This document shows positions 18,043 to 28,457 of a stretch of DNA of 64,000 nt, piece after piece. Positions within the stretch are counted from its first letter, which is position 1; every line of letters begins with the position of its first letter. The notes beneath the pieces are model-generated. The model had not been told where the DNA came from and made no database searches. It was given only the letters and a program-made list of their open reading frames with translations. The DNA is taken from NCBI GenBank assembly GCA_021786105.1, contig JAJYNW010000015.1, positions 12,685 through 76,684 of the forward strand, read 5' to 3'. The DNA comes from a bacterium (GTDB lineage: Bacteria > Patescibacteriota > Microgenomatia > Daviesbacterales > UBA10151). The position numbers and the translations under genes are program-made.

Positions 18043-19161
18043 ATGGAGGCGCCGGAAGCGATTGTTGTAACCGGCATGCGCAGAGTTGGGAAGACAACAC
18101 TAATTAAGCAGGTATATGATAGTCTAAATACTGCCAATAAGATTTTTCTTGATTTGGAAAACCCTGTTAACCAAAAGTACTTTGAAGAAGTAAATTACGA
18201 AGCAATCAAATACCGATTCCAAACCCTTGGTATAGATTTATCCCAAAAGGCTTATATCTTTTTGGATGAAATTCAATTTGTCAAAAATTTACCCTCGGTT
18301 GTTAAATATCTGATGGATCATTATCAAATCAAGTTTTTCTTAACCGGCTCCAGCTCTTTTTACTTAAAGAATTTATTTTCCGAATCTTTGGCAGGCAGAA
18401 AAATAATTTATGAGTTATTTCCTTTAGATTTTGAGGAATTTTTGCTTCTTAAGGGCAGTCATATTGTTATACCTGAAAAAAATGTCAGTGAATCTATTTA
18501 TCAGACAATTATTCCTTTATATAAAGAATATATAGAATTCGGGGGGTTTCCGGGGGTTGTTGTGAAATCATCTCCTAAGGAAAAGCAGGAGGCATTAATG
18601 GATATATTCAGCGCTTATTTCAATAAAGAAGTTTTAAGTATTGGCGGTTTTCGGAATAATCAGGCGGTGAGGGATTTAATGCTGCTCCTGATAAGCAGGA
18701 TCGGTAGTAAAGTTGATGTGCAAAAATTATCTGCCGAACTAGGAATATCAAGGATAACTGTCATGGAATATCTGGCATTTTTGGAAGGGACATATTTTAT
18801 ATCGTTGTTATCACCATATTCTACCAATAAGGATACAGAAATAAGAGCTGCTAAAAAGGTATACTTTTGCGATAGTGGTTTAGTCAATAGTATACAAAAT
18901 ACCCCCTTTGGTAACCTTTTTGAAAATACAATCTATAATCAATTGCGAACTCGGGGAGAAGTAAATTATTACCAGCGAAAGAGTGGAGTAGAAATAGATT
19001 TCATTCTTAATAAACAGGAAGCATGGGAAGTAAAGACAAAAGCTGACAGTCATGATTGGATTAAGCTGCAAAGATTGGTCAAAGAGCTTAAGTTAAAAGA
19101 GGGGAAAATAGTTTCTTTTGAATATTCTCAAGCTAATGTTATTTATGGATTTCAAATCTAA
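18043..19161 (+). CDS. AAA+ ATPase of the DUF4143 family
   Basis: Walker A VVTGMRRVGKTTL, Walker B IFLDEIQ; the track ORF starts at 17971, but the internal ATG at 18043 follows the promoter. Confidence 0.65.
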   Translation: MEAPEAIVVTGMRRVGKTTLIKQVYDSLNTANKIFLDLENPVNQKYFEEVNYEAIKYRFQTLGIDLSQKAYIFLDEIQFVKNLPSVVKYLMDHYQIKFFLTGSSSFYLKNLFSESLAGRKIIYELFPLDFEEFLLLKGSHIVIPEKNVSESIYQTIIPLYKEYIEFGGFPGVVVKSSPKEKQEALMDIFSAYFNKEVLSIGGFRNNQAVRDLMLLLISRIGSKVDVQKLSAELGISRITVMEYLAFLEGTYFISLLSPYSTNKDTEIRAAKKVYFCDSGLVNSIQNTPFGNLFENTIYNQLRTRGEVNYYQRKSGVEIDFILNKQEAWEVKTKADSHDWIKLQRLVKELKLKEGKIVSFEYSQANVIYGFQI

Positions 19162-19271
19162 GTATATCTAACTTCAAATTCGTCAGGATTTTAACAGAAT
19201 TAAATCAAGCGCATTCGCTTCGCTCAGTGTAAACTTCTCAAAGAAAGGCAATATAAGAGGGAGGAAGAAAG

Positions 19272-19478
19272 ATGAAAGAAAAAATATCCAGTGAGATAAA
19301 TAGCGTTATGAGTACGGGCACGGAATATACTGCTCAAACGTTTAAAAGCGCTCTTTATTTGGCTGAGTCAATAAGGAGAAGTTTTTGGGGGGAAACAATA
19401 TTGGAGCGGAGTGGAGGTAGATGGGTGCCGCGGACAGTTAAACCAGGGATAAGACATCTAAGGAGTATTATTCGTTGA
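19272..19478 (+). CDS. Small hypothetical protein
   Basis: 68-aa ORF with an AGGGAGG RBS-like sequence upstream; no homology recognised. Confidence 0.25.
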   Translation: MKEKISSEINSVMSTGTEYTAQTFKSALYLAESIRRSFWGETILERSGGRWVPRTVKPGIRHLRSIIR

Positions 19479-19502
19479 CACAAATTTTAGGAAGTTCTAT
19501 AC
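19474..19502 (+). promoter_or_regulatory. Sigma70-like promoter for the 1434-aa gene
   Basis: TTGACA, 17 nt, TATACT; then AAGAGGAAAA RBS before the ATG at 19543. Confidence 0.45.
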
Positions 19503-19542
19503 TGGAATTAGGCCATAGAATTTCCGATGAAAGAGGAAAACT

Positions 19543-22500
19543 ATGGCACAAATTGAAAGTTATAACCCTGAGCGAAGTCGAAGGGAAAGAATTATGGCAG
19601 AAAGTAGTGCAATTCCAGAAGGAGCCCGTGATGTCCCCAAAAACCAATTAGTAATAGTGGGCCCAGGTGGTGAATACCGGGGACAATATAGACCTCCAGA
19701 AACGCCAAAGCCTCCTGAAGACCGTTTACTTCCAAGAAGGGTGGAAGAAGAAATAGCAGAAAGAGGAGGTAGTGAGTTTGAAAGAGCCAGATTGCTTTAC
19801 GACCATTACATGGGATTACCTCTCCCTATTGAGCAAGGGCTAAGAGATGAACTTCAAAGACGCCAAGCGCAAAGAAGAGCAGAGCTTGAGCGATTAGAAC
19901 AGGAAGCCGAAAAACACCCGGCTCAACCAGTGAAATTAATTACCAGAGAAATGCTGAGATCTTATAAAAGAATTAAGGAAACCAGGATCCGCGAATTGCA
20001 GGGTGGAGGAAGAGAGGATGCCATAGAACGGGAAAGAAGTAGGGGAGAATTGCAGGAAAGAATATTTGAAGATTATACTGAACTTGCTTCAGAGAGGAGT
20101 ATTCTTGCCGGCTTAGGACGCTACTTATGGGATGGTTTTCATACGGCAGTTGTTAATAATGAAAAAGGTATAACAGGTTTAACTCTTAAAAATCCTTTTG
20201 CAGAACGATTTTTTGAAATGATTAAACGGATGAGGCAAAGGGACAGGATGAGTACGAAAGAAAGCAGATATTTTCAGGTTGAATCATGGTATGGTGGATC
20301 TACAATCGTGATGTTTACCTGGCCTGAAAGCGCCCGGGATATGATCATTACTACCATGGATTGGATGAAAGATCGTATAGCAGATATAGGTCAGCGCGAT
20401 CCGGGAACAGCAAGTAAAGAATTTGAGGAAATGAGGTCACTTGGCCCTAATCTTTTGAAAAATACCCGTATCCGCATTAACGATGAACCAGTTTTGGTGG
20501 CAGAGCATGGGAAGATTCAGGAAACAAACCCGGATTACTTAAGAGCAAGAGCCCTTAGCGAAGGTCCGCCCGATGTCTTTGCCACTGAGATAATTACAAA
20601 AAAGGGCAATACTGAATTTGGGCCACAAGCTAAAGAAAGATTTGCTGCCAAATTTATTGAGAATTTCAATGCCATGTTTTTAGAAAATAGATCTGCAGCT
20701 TATTTGATGCACAGATTAAGAACATACAAAGATGGTACTTATTGGACCGGTCATGATTGGCATGCCGATAAAGTGAAAGAAGGGGATATCAAAGATTACC
20801 GGGCAAAAATACAGGAAGAGCTGATGGGTGAAGCTGCTACTCTTGATTTCTTTACTGAAACTATTTTTGTCAATAACCAAGACCTTTTTCAGGATGTGAT
20901 TCAAGGAAAAGATATTGGGGAAACAGCGGAAAATGTAGAAGATGTGAGGTTAGCTTATAAAGGCTTTTTTGAACTCAGAGAAAGGAACGGTTTGCAGTAT
21001 AGTATTAATGATCCTCTAGAAAGATTACTGTTAGATCCCGGAGATGTAATAAGACAAAGAATTAAAGCTACAGGAGATGCTGAGGCTTTAAAAAGGCATG
21101 ATGTGCGTGTAGCAGTTTTCAGAAGAACAAAAGAATTATTAGACAGAAGAGAAGGCTTTGACTTTATTAGCATGGCAGAAATATATAAGTTGGAGAAGCG
21201 TATGAGACGGCCGCTTTCAGATGAAGAACTGGCCGATTTAGCAGAAGTACATAAAGATGTTATCCGTGCACAGTTGCAGCAAACTCTGCAATCTCAGGGA
21301 CAAGATCCTGATCAGAATAAAGATTGGATTGAACAAAGCATTATAGAAGTTAAAGAAAGCAGAAAACAGGAGGCTATTAGGAGTAGGATACGCGCTCGGG
21401 TAGAGGAGATTAGCCGGGGAAAAAGCTATTTTGCAGAAACTTGTGCAGAAACATTAATACGGTTTGATCAAGCTAAGAAGGCTGGTGATTTAGCAAAATG
21501 TGATCAAATAGCCTGGGGATGGGTTAAAGATTATAACAGCAAGCTTATTCGATCTCATTTACCAAAATGGTACCCGAGCGGTTGGGATAAAGTCAGACTA
21601 AAAATAGACAGAGCGGCTAAAGTGATTGACCGTTCTTTAACAGAGGAAGAGAGGGAAGCAATGTATGAAACAGCATATCTGCCCGAGGGAAATGATGAGG
21701 AGTCAATAGCAAGAAGACTTGACCTTATTGCAGGCCGCGGAGAAGAAGCGAGATTTGGTTTTGAGATGGCCAGAGTCTTTTCACCGTTCTTGATGGAGTC
21801 TTCTTTGTTAGGAGGCATGAGAATCAGAATGGTGATGAAAAAAGGACCACATGCTGGAGAATATATTGGCAGGCTGGATGATGATGAAACCAGCGTGTTG
21901 TGTGGTCTTATTAAAGGAAGGGTAAATCCTCAAACGCGTGAAGTTGAGATTGAGAAAGATGTCAATGGTGAAGCTATTATTATAGATCCTGAGAGAAAAA
22001 GTATCCGTATTTCGGACATACTTGAGGCTCGGTTGGCCAAAGCTATTGCCGACGAGGAACACGAAATAGAACCTTTCAGGTTAGCTAAACATCAGGCATT
22101 GACAGCCATGTACAGGGCTGAACTATCTGGCAATCAGGCAGAAATGGCTGCGGCACACCAAGCTTTGGATAAAGCAGCCAAAGATTTAAGAGAAAAACTA
22201 TGCGACTGTCAATTTATAGTCACCCATGCTTTTAAAGCAAAAGGTTTAGTTAATGGTAGATGGCCAACATGGCCACAGGCATCAGCTTTGGATAATTCTG
22301 GAATTAAGTTGTTTGGAGAAATCTTAGCAGAATACGGAGTAGAGGTAGCTCCAGGCCTGCCTTTTGCAGACTATAAGAGCGAAATTTATGAGTATTTGGA
22401 AAGAGAAAGAAGAGGCCAGTTTGCAGAGATGGATCGGGCAAATCAAGAGTTTATGGAAGATAAATATCCTATTTATGAACGTGACGAGTGGACCGGAGAG

Positions 22501-23847
22501 ATTATTATGGATCCGGTGTTTGAGAATGGCGAGCCCAAGAAGGATCAACAAGGGAAAACGGTTATGGCACCAAGACCAGCTATATCCATATTTACCATGT
22601 CTGATCCCTGGGGCGAGCCAGGGCCGATGTCTGACCGGCCGCGGGTGGTAAATAAAGGAGACTGGGCAGAGAATACCATGGTCACTGAAGCAGAGTATAA
22701 TATCTCTACTAGCGGCGGAGTGAAATTCCCTGAATTTATCCGCTATGCCAGCATTCGCTTTTTACCTTTAGGAATATCGGGGCTGGGTTCCCCAGGCCTT
22801 TGGGATTTGAATAATTTCATTAAAGGAAGGAATGAAGTTGAATTCCATAAGCAAAAATTGTTTGATCCAACAGACATGCCCAAAAATGCCAGAGCGCAGG
22901 CTGCAGCCTATAAAGCCCGGATAGCTTTAACAGGCGGCAGTTTAGGTGAAGGCCAATTCACCCCAGGATTTTTAAATGAACCATTTAATGGTGCATTTAC
23001 TATTGCCGATTGGCTCCGTCAAATAGCCACCAATCAAGCTGGTTTTGATGCTTACAAGATGGAGAAAACCCAACTGTATGTAAAGAAAATGGAAGCTATG
23101 AGGAATGGAGAGACTCTCAAGGAGGGGGAACTAGAGGAATTAAGGCAACTAACTTACGAAGATTATTTTGTTCTCATTAAACATAAGACTATTGCAGATG
23201 AGTTTTATCAAACCACCTATAAGACTTTTGGCAATTTCGTTACTTGGCTTAAAGCTGAAAAGGAAGTTGAGCAAAACCGGATTGGTAATGCTCCAAGGAA
23301 CTATGCTTATGATAATACAAAACGCTGGTATGCCTTTAGAAAACTGATGCGCGAATCCATGCACAAAGGCGAGCGGGGTTTTATTCAAAGGTTAGGTTAT
23401 TCTCCTGAGATAGCTAGCGAGCTTTCCTTAAGAATGTTAGAAACCGGTATGCAGGATGCAGATTACTTGATTTTAAGGGATTATGAGAGGGAAAGATTGG
23501 CTCAGGAAGGATCATTAATACTTTCTAAAGTCTTAATTGATGCAGAAAAACAGAAAGGACTTTCATTATTAGATGAGACAACATGGGAAGATCAACGTGC
23601 CGAGGTAAAAAAAGCTTTGGAAACAGTCAGAAGAAGAGGCTTGCTGGAGTTTATGAGAGAAGAAGGATTTTCATGGTATTCAAAAATTGAAGGGGTAGAA
23701 AAAGGGCGATATAAACGCGAAGATAAATTTTATTTAGGGGAAAGAGTACCTGAAGCAGTTAGGAAAAACGGTAATATGATTACAAATTATGAACGCCGGG
23801 TAATGAGATCTGCAGAGTATCAATATCAACCACCTGTCACACCGTAG
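19543..23847 (+). CDS. Giant orphan protein (1434 aa), highly charged, no TM or signal peptide
   Basis: Uninterrupted 4.3-kb ORF with strong promoter and RBS; E/R/K/D-rich; no Walker or other catalytic motifs recognised. Confidence 0.6.
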   Translation: MAQIESYNPERSRRERIMAESSAIPEGARDVPKNQLVIVGPGGEYRGQYRPPETPKPPEDRLLPRRVEEEIAERGGSEFERARLLYDHYMGLPLPIEQGLRDELQRRQAQRRAELERLEQEAEKHPAQPVKLITREMLRSYKRIKETRIRELQGGGREDAIERERSRGELQERIFEDYTELASERSILAGLGRYLWDGFHTAVVNNEKGITGLTLKNPFAERFFEMIKRMRQRDRMSTKESRYFQVESWYGGSTIVMFTWPESARDMIITTMDWMKDRIADIGQRDPGTASKEFEEMRSLGPNLLKNTRIRINDEPVLVAEHGKIQETNPDYLRARALSEGPPDVFATEIITKKGNTEFGPQAKERFAAKFIENFNAMFLENRSAAYLMHRLRTYKDGTYWTGHDWHADKVKEGDIKDYRAKIQEELMGEAATLDFFTETIFVNNQDLFQDVIQGKDIGETAENVEDVRLAYKGFFELRERNGLQYSINDPLERLLLDPGDVIRQRIKATGDAEALKRHDVRVAVFRRTKELLDRREGFDFISMAEIYKLEKRMRRPLSDEELADLAEVHKDVIRAQLQQTLQSQGQDPDQNKDWIEQSIIEVKESRKQEAIRSRIRARVEEISRGKSYFAETCAETLIRFDQAKKAGDLAKCDQIAWGWVKDYNSKLIRSHLPKWYPSGWDKVRLKIDRAAKVIDRSLTEEEREAMYETAYLPEGNDEESIARRLDLIAGRGEEARFGFEMARVFSPFLMESSLLGGMRIRMVMKKGPHAGEYIGRLDDDETSVLCGLIKGRVNPQTREVEIEKDVNGEAIIIDPERKSIRISDILEARLAKAIADEEHEIEPFRLAKHQALTAMYRAELSGNQAEMAAAHQALDKAAKDLREKLCDCQFIVTHAFKAKGLVNGRWPTWPQASALDNSGIKLFGEILAEYGVEVAPGLPFADYKSEIYEYLERERRGQFAEMDRANQEFMEDKYPIYERDEWTGEIIMDPVFENGEPKKDQQGKTVMAPRPAISIFTMSDPWGEPGPMSDRPRVVNKGDWAENTMVTEAEYNISTSGGVKFPEFIRYASIRFLPLGISGLGSPGLWDLNNFIKGRNEVEFHKQKLFDPTDMPKNARAQAAAYKARIALTGGSLGEGQFTPGFLNEPFNGAFTIADWLRQIATNQAGFDAYKMEKTQLYVKKMEAMRNGETLKEGELEELRQLTYEDYFVLIKHKTIADEFYQTTYKTFGNFVTWLKAEKEVEQNRIGNAPRNYAYDNTKRWYAFRKLMRESMHKGERGFIQRLGYSPEIASELSLRMLETGMQDADYLILRDYERERLAQEGSLILSKVLIDAEKQKGLSLLDETTWEDQRAEVKKALETVRRRGLLEFMREEGFSWYSKIEGVEKGRYKREDKFYLGERVPEAVRKNGNMITNYERRVMRSAEYQYQPPVTP

Positions 23848-23876
23848 TCCATTGGTGTAGTTAGACCATAAATCAA

Positions 23877-25706
23877 TTAAGTAATGGTATTCTGTGTTTT
23901 TGACGTTTGTTGTTGAGGCTTTCTTTTAAATGGCCAGGGAGGAGTCCAATCCATCTCTCTTGCTTTTGTTAAACCAGGTTTTCCAGTATATGGTACCCAT
24001 TTCATTGAATCCTTATCTCTTATAAATTGTGTTTCTCCAAAGACACTTGTTTTAGCCCCTTGGCCCCAGTTAAGACCGCCCATATAGGTTCTTTGGGCAT
24101 AACCCTGGCCGCGGCCAAAGCCGCCCATTACTTCCTGTCCGATTGCCGCTCCTGCCTGGCCGCCCCGCCCAATAGTTTTGGTTACGATATCAGGGATTGT
24201 GGGAAGTGCCATTAGAGCTCCAAACGCCAATAAAATTCTTACGAAACTAAGATCCATCCCTCCCAGCAGTGGGAAGGTGGTGGTGTCCACGATACCTCTG
24301 CCGCTGCCGATCTGGGCATAGGCCGGGGAGATTAAGTTCCCGCCGCTTGGTTGACTAGAGCCGGCAACTTTAAACAGGCATTTGTTTAGGTCTTTGTCAG
24401 GGCAGTGCGGGGCTAAATCAGGCCCCATGATGAATGCCACAAAATAGAGTACTGCCACGACGGCCGGGAATATCAAAATATTGCCAATCATATTTAAAAC
24501 CCAGCCTGTTGCCATCCCCTGTCTGCCCGGTAAAGAGGCAATAAGAAATTGAAATGGGGCGCTGATAGTTAAGAAAATAATTGTCAGCCAGGCCATAATT
24601 AAACGTAGCAGCAGTTTGATCATTTGATAGATTAAAGCTAAAGCAGCGGCAAAGCTTAAAAAGTATCCTAGGAAAAACGGTAAGGCCACATTAGCCGTAA
24701 CTCCTCCAAGTAGACTTAACACCGGACCTGCAATTAAGCCCCAGGGTGGCGGGATGCCACCAGCAATGGGCATTAAGAATTGGGCAGAAAGCCAAAAAAC
24801 CACGATTCTTAGTGGATTTATAGCATCTCCCAGATTGCTGATGATACTATTGGCCACACTTTCTGCTCTGTCTCGGGTCACTACTCCTGTTAGTGGGGAC
24901 ATGAGGCTGAGGATATTTTGATTAGAGAGTTTCTGTGTCAAATTTAATTGTTCTTTAAACTCGCCATTATCTAACTTTCCCTGAGCAGCTACAAAATAAT
25001 AACCTACGACATTCGTTCCGACAAATGCCATGTCAGAGATCAGGCCGGCTAAAAAGTAGGAAAAAGTAATCATAATCAGGCCGATGACTAAACCCGGTAA
25101 AGCAGTTTGGGCAGTAATGACTGTTTGCGGATTGATTTTATTCCTAAACATAATCATCAGTCCGATGACTAAAAAGACTATAATCATGATGACATAAGCA
25201 ATATTTCTGGATACTTGCCAAAGGGTTAAAATGGGGTTTAACACTGCTGCTCCTGATCCAACCACCTGGGCATTGGCTGTTTTGACAATGCCTAAACCTT
25301 GTCCCACTGAAGCTAAATAATCAGCGGTTCTGACTGGCGGATTTTGGTATAACATTCCGATTAAGTTGGTAGTAGTTCCTAATACACCTCCGGAAGTATT
25401 AACCTGGGATAATACCGGGATGCTTTGAATCATACCCTGAGCATTTTTAGTCACTTGATAAGTTAAGCATGGTTGGCCGATGACCGATTGCCCGATGGCC
25501 AAACAGGAAAAAGAATGGAATAAGTTATTGACTAACAGGTCAGTATAGAGAGGGGAAGTAGGGCTAATAGTAGTTGGCAGTTGGGTAACAGTTGGGGTAA
25601 CAGGGGTGGCAGGCATAGCAGCAGGAGTAGCGGTCGCAGCATAAACAGGAGCAGTAAGGAATAGATAACCAGCAGTTAGCAGTAGGGCAAGGATCCGGGC
25701 AAACAT
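23877..25706 (-). CDS. VirB6/TrbL-like polytopic membrane protein
   Basis: Signal peptide, Pro/Thr-rich N-terminus, at least 7 TM helices, Gly-rich C-terminus; heads the pilin-like array. Confidence 0.45.
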   Translation of the reverse strand: MFARILALLLTAGYLFLTAPVYAATATPAAMPATPVTPTVTQLPTTISPTSPLYTDLLVNNLFHSFSCLAIGQSVIGQPCLTYQVTKNAQGMIQSIPVLSQVNTSGGVLGTTTNLIGMLYQNPPVRTADYLASVGQGLGIVKTANAQVVGSGAAVLNPILTLWQVSRNIAYVIMIIVFLVIGLMIMFRNKINPQTVITAQTALPGLVIGLIMITFSYFLAGLISDMAFVGTNVVGYYFVAAQGKLDNGEFKEQLNLTQKLSNQNILSLMSPLTGVVTRDRAESVANSIISNLGDAINPLRIVVFWLSAQFLMPIAGGIPPPWGLIAGPVLSLLGGVTANVALPFFLGYFLSFAAALALIYQMIKLLLRLIMAWLTIIFLTISAPFQFLIASLPGRQGMATGWVLNMIGNILIFPAVVAVLYFVAFIMGPDLAPHCPDKDLNKCLFKVAGSSQPSGGNLISPAYAQIGSGRGIVDTTTFPLLGGMDLSFVRILLAFGALMALPTIPDIVTKTIGRGGQAGAAIGQEVMGGFGRGQGYAQRTYMGGLNWGQGAKTSVFGETQFIRDKDSMKWVPYTGKPGLTKAREMDWTPPWPFKRKPQQQTSKTQNTIT

Positions 25707-25753
25707 AAAGATATACTAACAGTAAAACAAACCACCATACTTTGCAACTCTTT

Positions 25754-26194
25754 TCAGGGCTTAAATGGACCGCAGAACCAGTTGGTGGAGTCGCCGCATA
25801 AAGCTTTCATGTTAAAAACTGTGACAGGTTGATTTGTGAAGCCGGCAATCAGCTGTAAAATAATCCACGCTACAGCCATAAAAAGTACTCCTAAAATGGC
25901 CCATGACAGAGTGTAGTGGGCAGCCTGGAGGGCTTTAGGTTCCCCGCCGGAGGTCAGGTATTTAAATCCGGCAACAAGCAGTACCATGAGCATGGCAATA
26001 AACCCCAGGCCAACTACTACAGACAGGACATTGCCAACTGTTCCTTCGATTTCATTTAATCCGGCCGGGCAGGGACCATATTTGGCAATTGAGGCAGCAT
26101 CAGAAGGGCAGGGCGAAGGAACAGGATTTGCTGCGTAGGCCGGAGAAACAAAAAAAGCCAAGATTAAAGTAAAGAGCAGCAATATCTTCATCAA
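25754..26194 (-). CDS. Pilin-like paralog 1 (signal peptide, conserved TM-SGGEPK-TM hairpin)
   Basis: SP MMKILLLFTLILAFFVSPAYA; FKYLTSGGEPKALQAAHYTLSWAILGVLF. Confidence 0.5.
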   Translation of the reverse strand: MMKILLLFTLILAFFVSPAYAANPVPSPCPSDAASIAKYGPCPAGLNEIEGTVGNVLSVVVGLGFIAMLMVLLVAGFKYLTSGGEPKALQAAHYTLSWAILGVLFMAVAWIILQLIAGFTNQPVTVFNMKALCGDSTNWFCGPFKP

Positions 26195-26257
26195 TTAATC
26201 ATTATTCACTAATGTTAAATCATTTGCAATGGCTGGAAGATCAAATGAAATTTGGTA

Positions 26258-26626
26258 TTAGCTGGGAGCTGGGATTGGCAGAGTGCCAATGTTGGGGAAG
26301 CCTAAGATTTGGGCTGCCAGTTGAGCCAAGGCAAAGGCGACAGCCAGAATGGCGATACCAACTAAAGCATTGATAATTCTGTTTCTGGCTTTGGCCACCG
26401 CTTCTTTGTCTCCACCGGACACAATCCATTCAAATGCCCCCAAAATCAGCATCACCAAAACTACTAATACTGCTATGGAAAAAGCGATCGTGATGATATT
26501 GGTAATAAAGTTGCCGATAGTTTTATAACCATAGGGAGGCGGGGAGATGGTTATATCTGTAGCCAAGGCCGGAGTAGCGGTTAACAATGAAAATGCTGCA
26601 GAACCAATAAATGCTAATTTTTTCAT
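26258..26626 (-). CDS. Pilin-like paralog 2
   Basis: Signal peptide; LGAFEWIVSGGDKEAVAKARNRIINALVGIAIL. Confidence 0.5.
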   Translation of the reverse strand: MKKLAFIGSAAFSLLTATPALATDITISPPPYGYKTIGNFITNIITIAFSIAVLVVLVMLILGAFEWIVSGGDKEAVAKARNRIINALVGIAILAVAFALAQLAAQILGFPNIGTLPIPAPS

Positions 26627-26662
26627 CTCTGGTTTAACTATAGCTATATCGCAAACGACTTG

Positions 26663-27388
26663 TCAATACCCCCAGTTCACGGGAGGAGAACAATCTGAGG
26701 GATTAGTTGGTGGATGAGTTAAGGCAAAAGCTTGCTGACCCGGGCAGGAGATGCGATAGAGGTCGCCCCATCGCTCGATTGTGCATCCTTTGCAAACGCT
26801 CTCGTCAAAAAACTCAAATCCGGTAAATGTGCCCAAAACTGAGATAATGGCAAAAGCCGCGGCAAAGAGTAGGATGCCTATAATAGCATTTAAAATTCTC
26901 CTTTGAGCGGCAGCTAATTGTTCTTTATCCCCTCCGGAAGTAAGCCATTGAAAGGCTCCCCAGAGGATCATAAATAGCAAGACAATGGCGGCTACCATAT
27001 AAATTAAGTTGACGCCGTTTGATAAAAATTGGCTAATAGCTCCGGCGCCGGTCGGGTCTTTTTTTAACATGCCTTGCAGCGGGTTGGGAGGCAGAATTTT
27101 GCCAAACAGGTTTTGGACAGTATCTATTTGGCATGTAGAAGCTTGGGTAGTTTTACCAGGTGGGATATCCGGGGTACCGTCTTTATTATAATGCAGTTGG
27201 CAGCTGTATTTTTTTCCCTGATAATCATCGCAGGTATCAACACCGGGGTGGCAAATTTCGTCGTGACCACAAGGAACACCATGGCAGGCGCTGGTATCTG
27301 CTAAAACGGCTGTGTGACTAAACAGTAAAACAGCGGTTATAACGGTAAGAAATGCTAATAAGCTGGTTAGGAAAAATCTCTTCGACAT
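26663..27388 (-). CDS. Pilin-like paralog 3 with Cys-rich ectodomain
   Basis: Signal peptide; 12 Cys in the N-terminal 90 aa; LWGAFQWLTSGGDKEQLAAAQRRILNAIIGILLF; Cys-rich C-tail. Confidence 0.5.
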   Translation of the reverse strand: MSKRFFLTSLLAFLTVITAVLLFSHTAVLADTSACHGVPCGHDEICHPGVDTCDDYQGKKYSCQLHYNKDGTPDIPPGKTTQASTCQIDTVQNLFGKILPPNPLQGMLKKDPTGAGAISQFLSNGVNLIYMVAAIVLLFMILWGAFQWLTSGGDKEQLAAAQRRILNAIIGILLFAAAFAIISVLGTFTGFEFFDESVCKGCTIERWGDLYRISCPGQQAFALTHPPTNPSDCSPPVNWGY

Positions 27389-27527
27389 GGATCCCTAAAA
27401 ATATCTTACCATAAACTCATACAAATCTCTTATCTTTATCACATTTCTTCCATTCATTTTTCTGTTAGCATAAAGCATAGCCTATAACCTTGACAAAAAT
27501 ACTATAGAGTATTAAAATGGCGCTCAA

Positions 27528-28433
27528 ATGGGTAAGTCGGGAGAGTTAGAACAAGACAATCAAGCTAAAAATGCAGCAATTGAAGAAGCTGCCAAAAAGG
27601 GTATGGAGGCATCCAAAGGTCAGGGTGCTGATTCCTTAGTAGAAAATTCAGATGCCAGTCTCCCCGGAAGTCTTAGTCCGAAAACCAGATTAGCGCTTGC
27701 TTGTGGAGTTGGTATATTGGCGCTTTTAGGTATAACCTCTTGTATTTTTGGTGAACCGCCAGTTGCAAAGGCCGGAAATCCTGATACGCCTGTTGCAGGC
27801 CCTCAGCCAACTTATACACCTTTGCCAACTTATACTCCGTATCCTACCGCTGAGCCGACTTATACACCCTATCCGACTTATACTCCTCAGCCAACCTTTA
27901 CTCCTCTGGCTACCGCTATACCTACATCAACTCCAGCGCCCACCCCGACTCTTCAGCCAGGCATGACTTTGTTAAACCCTACCCAGCCCGGTTTGTTTAT
28001 CCTGCAAGCTCCTGAGCCGCGAGTGGTGCATGCGGATACAATTAATCCGGCAATTTGTTACCCACAAGTGGTTGATAAACCAGTTCCGGTTAAAGTAGAA
28101 GTGCCGCGCCAGCTTAGGGAAGACGAGAGGGTTGTGACCGATGCAACATTGAACGATTACACTAGGAGAAAGGCTGAGGAAATTACCGCCCCGCTCAAAA
28201 GCGAGCTTGATGCAACTAAGGCCAAGTTGACAACTGCAGAAAAAGCCCTGAGCGATTGTAATACTAACTTAACAGATACCAAGAAACAATTAGATAAGGT
28301 TCAAGGGTGGCATTATGATATTTGGTCTGGTTTGATAACTGCTTTGCCGGTTTTAGGGCTGGCGGCAGGGTTGGCTTATAGATTTAGACAAAGAATTATT
28401 GTTCGTCTCTATCCTGGTATTGTTTTCCCTTAA
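27528..28433 (+). CDS. Membrane protein with PTYTP tandem repeats and coiled coil
   Basis: TM at about 60, (P)TYTP(Y/L)PT repeats x8, coiled coil, C-terminal TM; promoter TTGACA-17-TATTAA upstream. Confidence 0.45.
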   Translation: MGKSGELEQDNQAKNAAIEEAAKKGMEASKGQGADSLVENSDASLPGSLSPKTRLALACGVGILALLGITSCIFGEPPVAKAGNPDTPVAGPQPTYTPLPTYTPYPTAEPTYTPYPTYTPQPTFTPLATAIPTSTPAPTPTLQPGMTLLNPTQPGLFILQAPEPRVVHADTINPAICYPQVVDKPVPVKVEVPRQLREDERVVTDATLNDYTRRKAEEITAPLKSELDATKAKLTTAEKALSDCNTNLTDTKKQLDKVQGWHYDIWSGLITALPVLGLAAGLAYRFRQRIIVRLYPGIVFP

Positions 28434-28457
28434 TTTAGCAGTTGTTTTGACTCAGCT

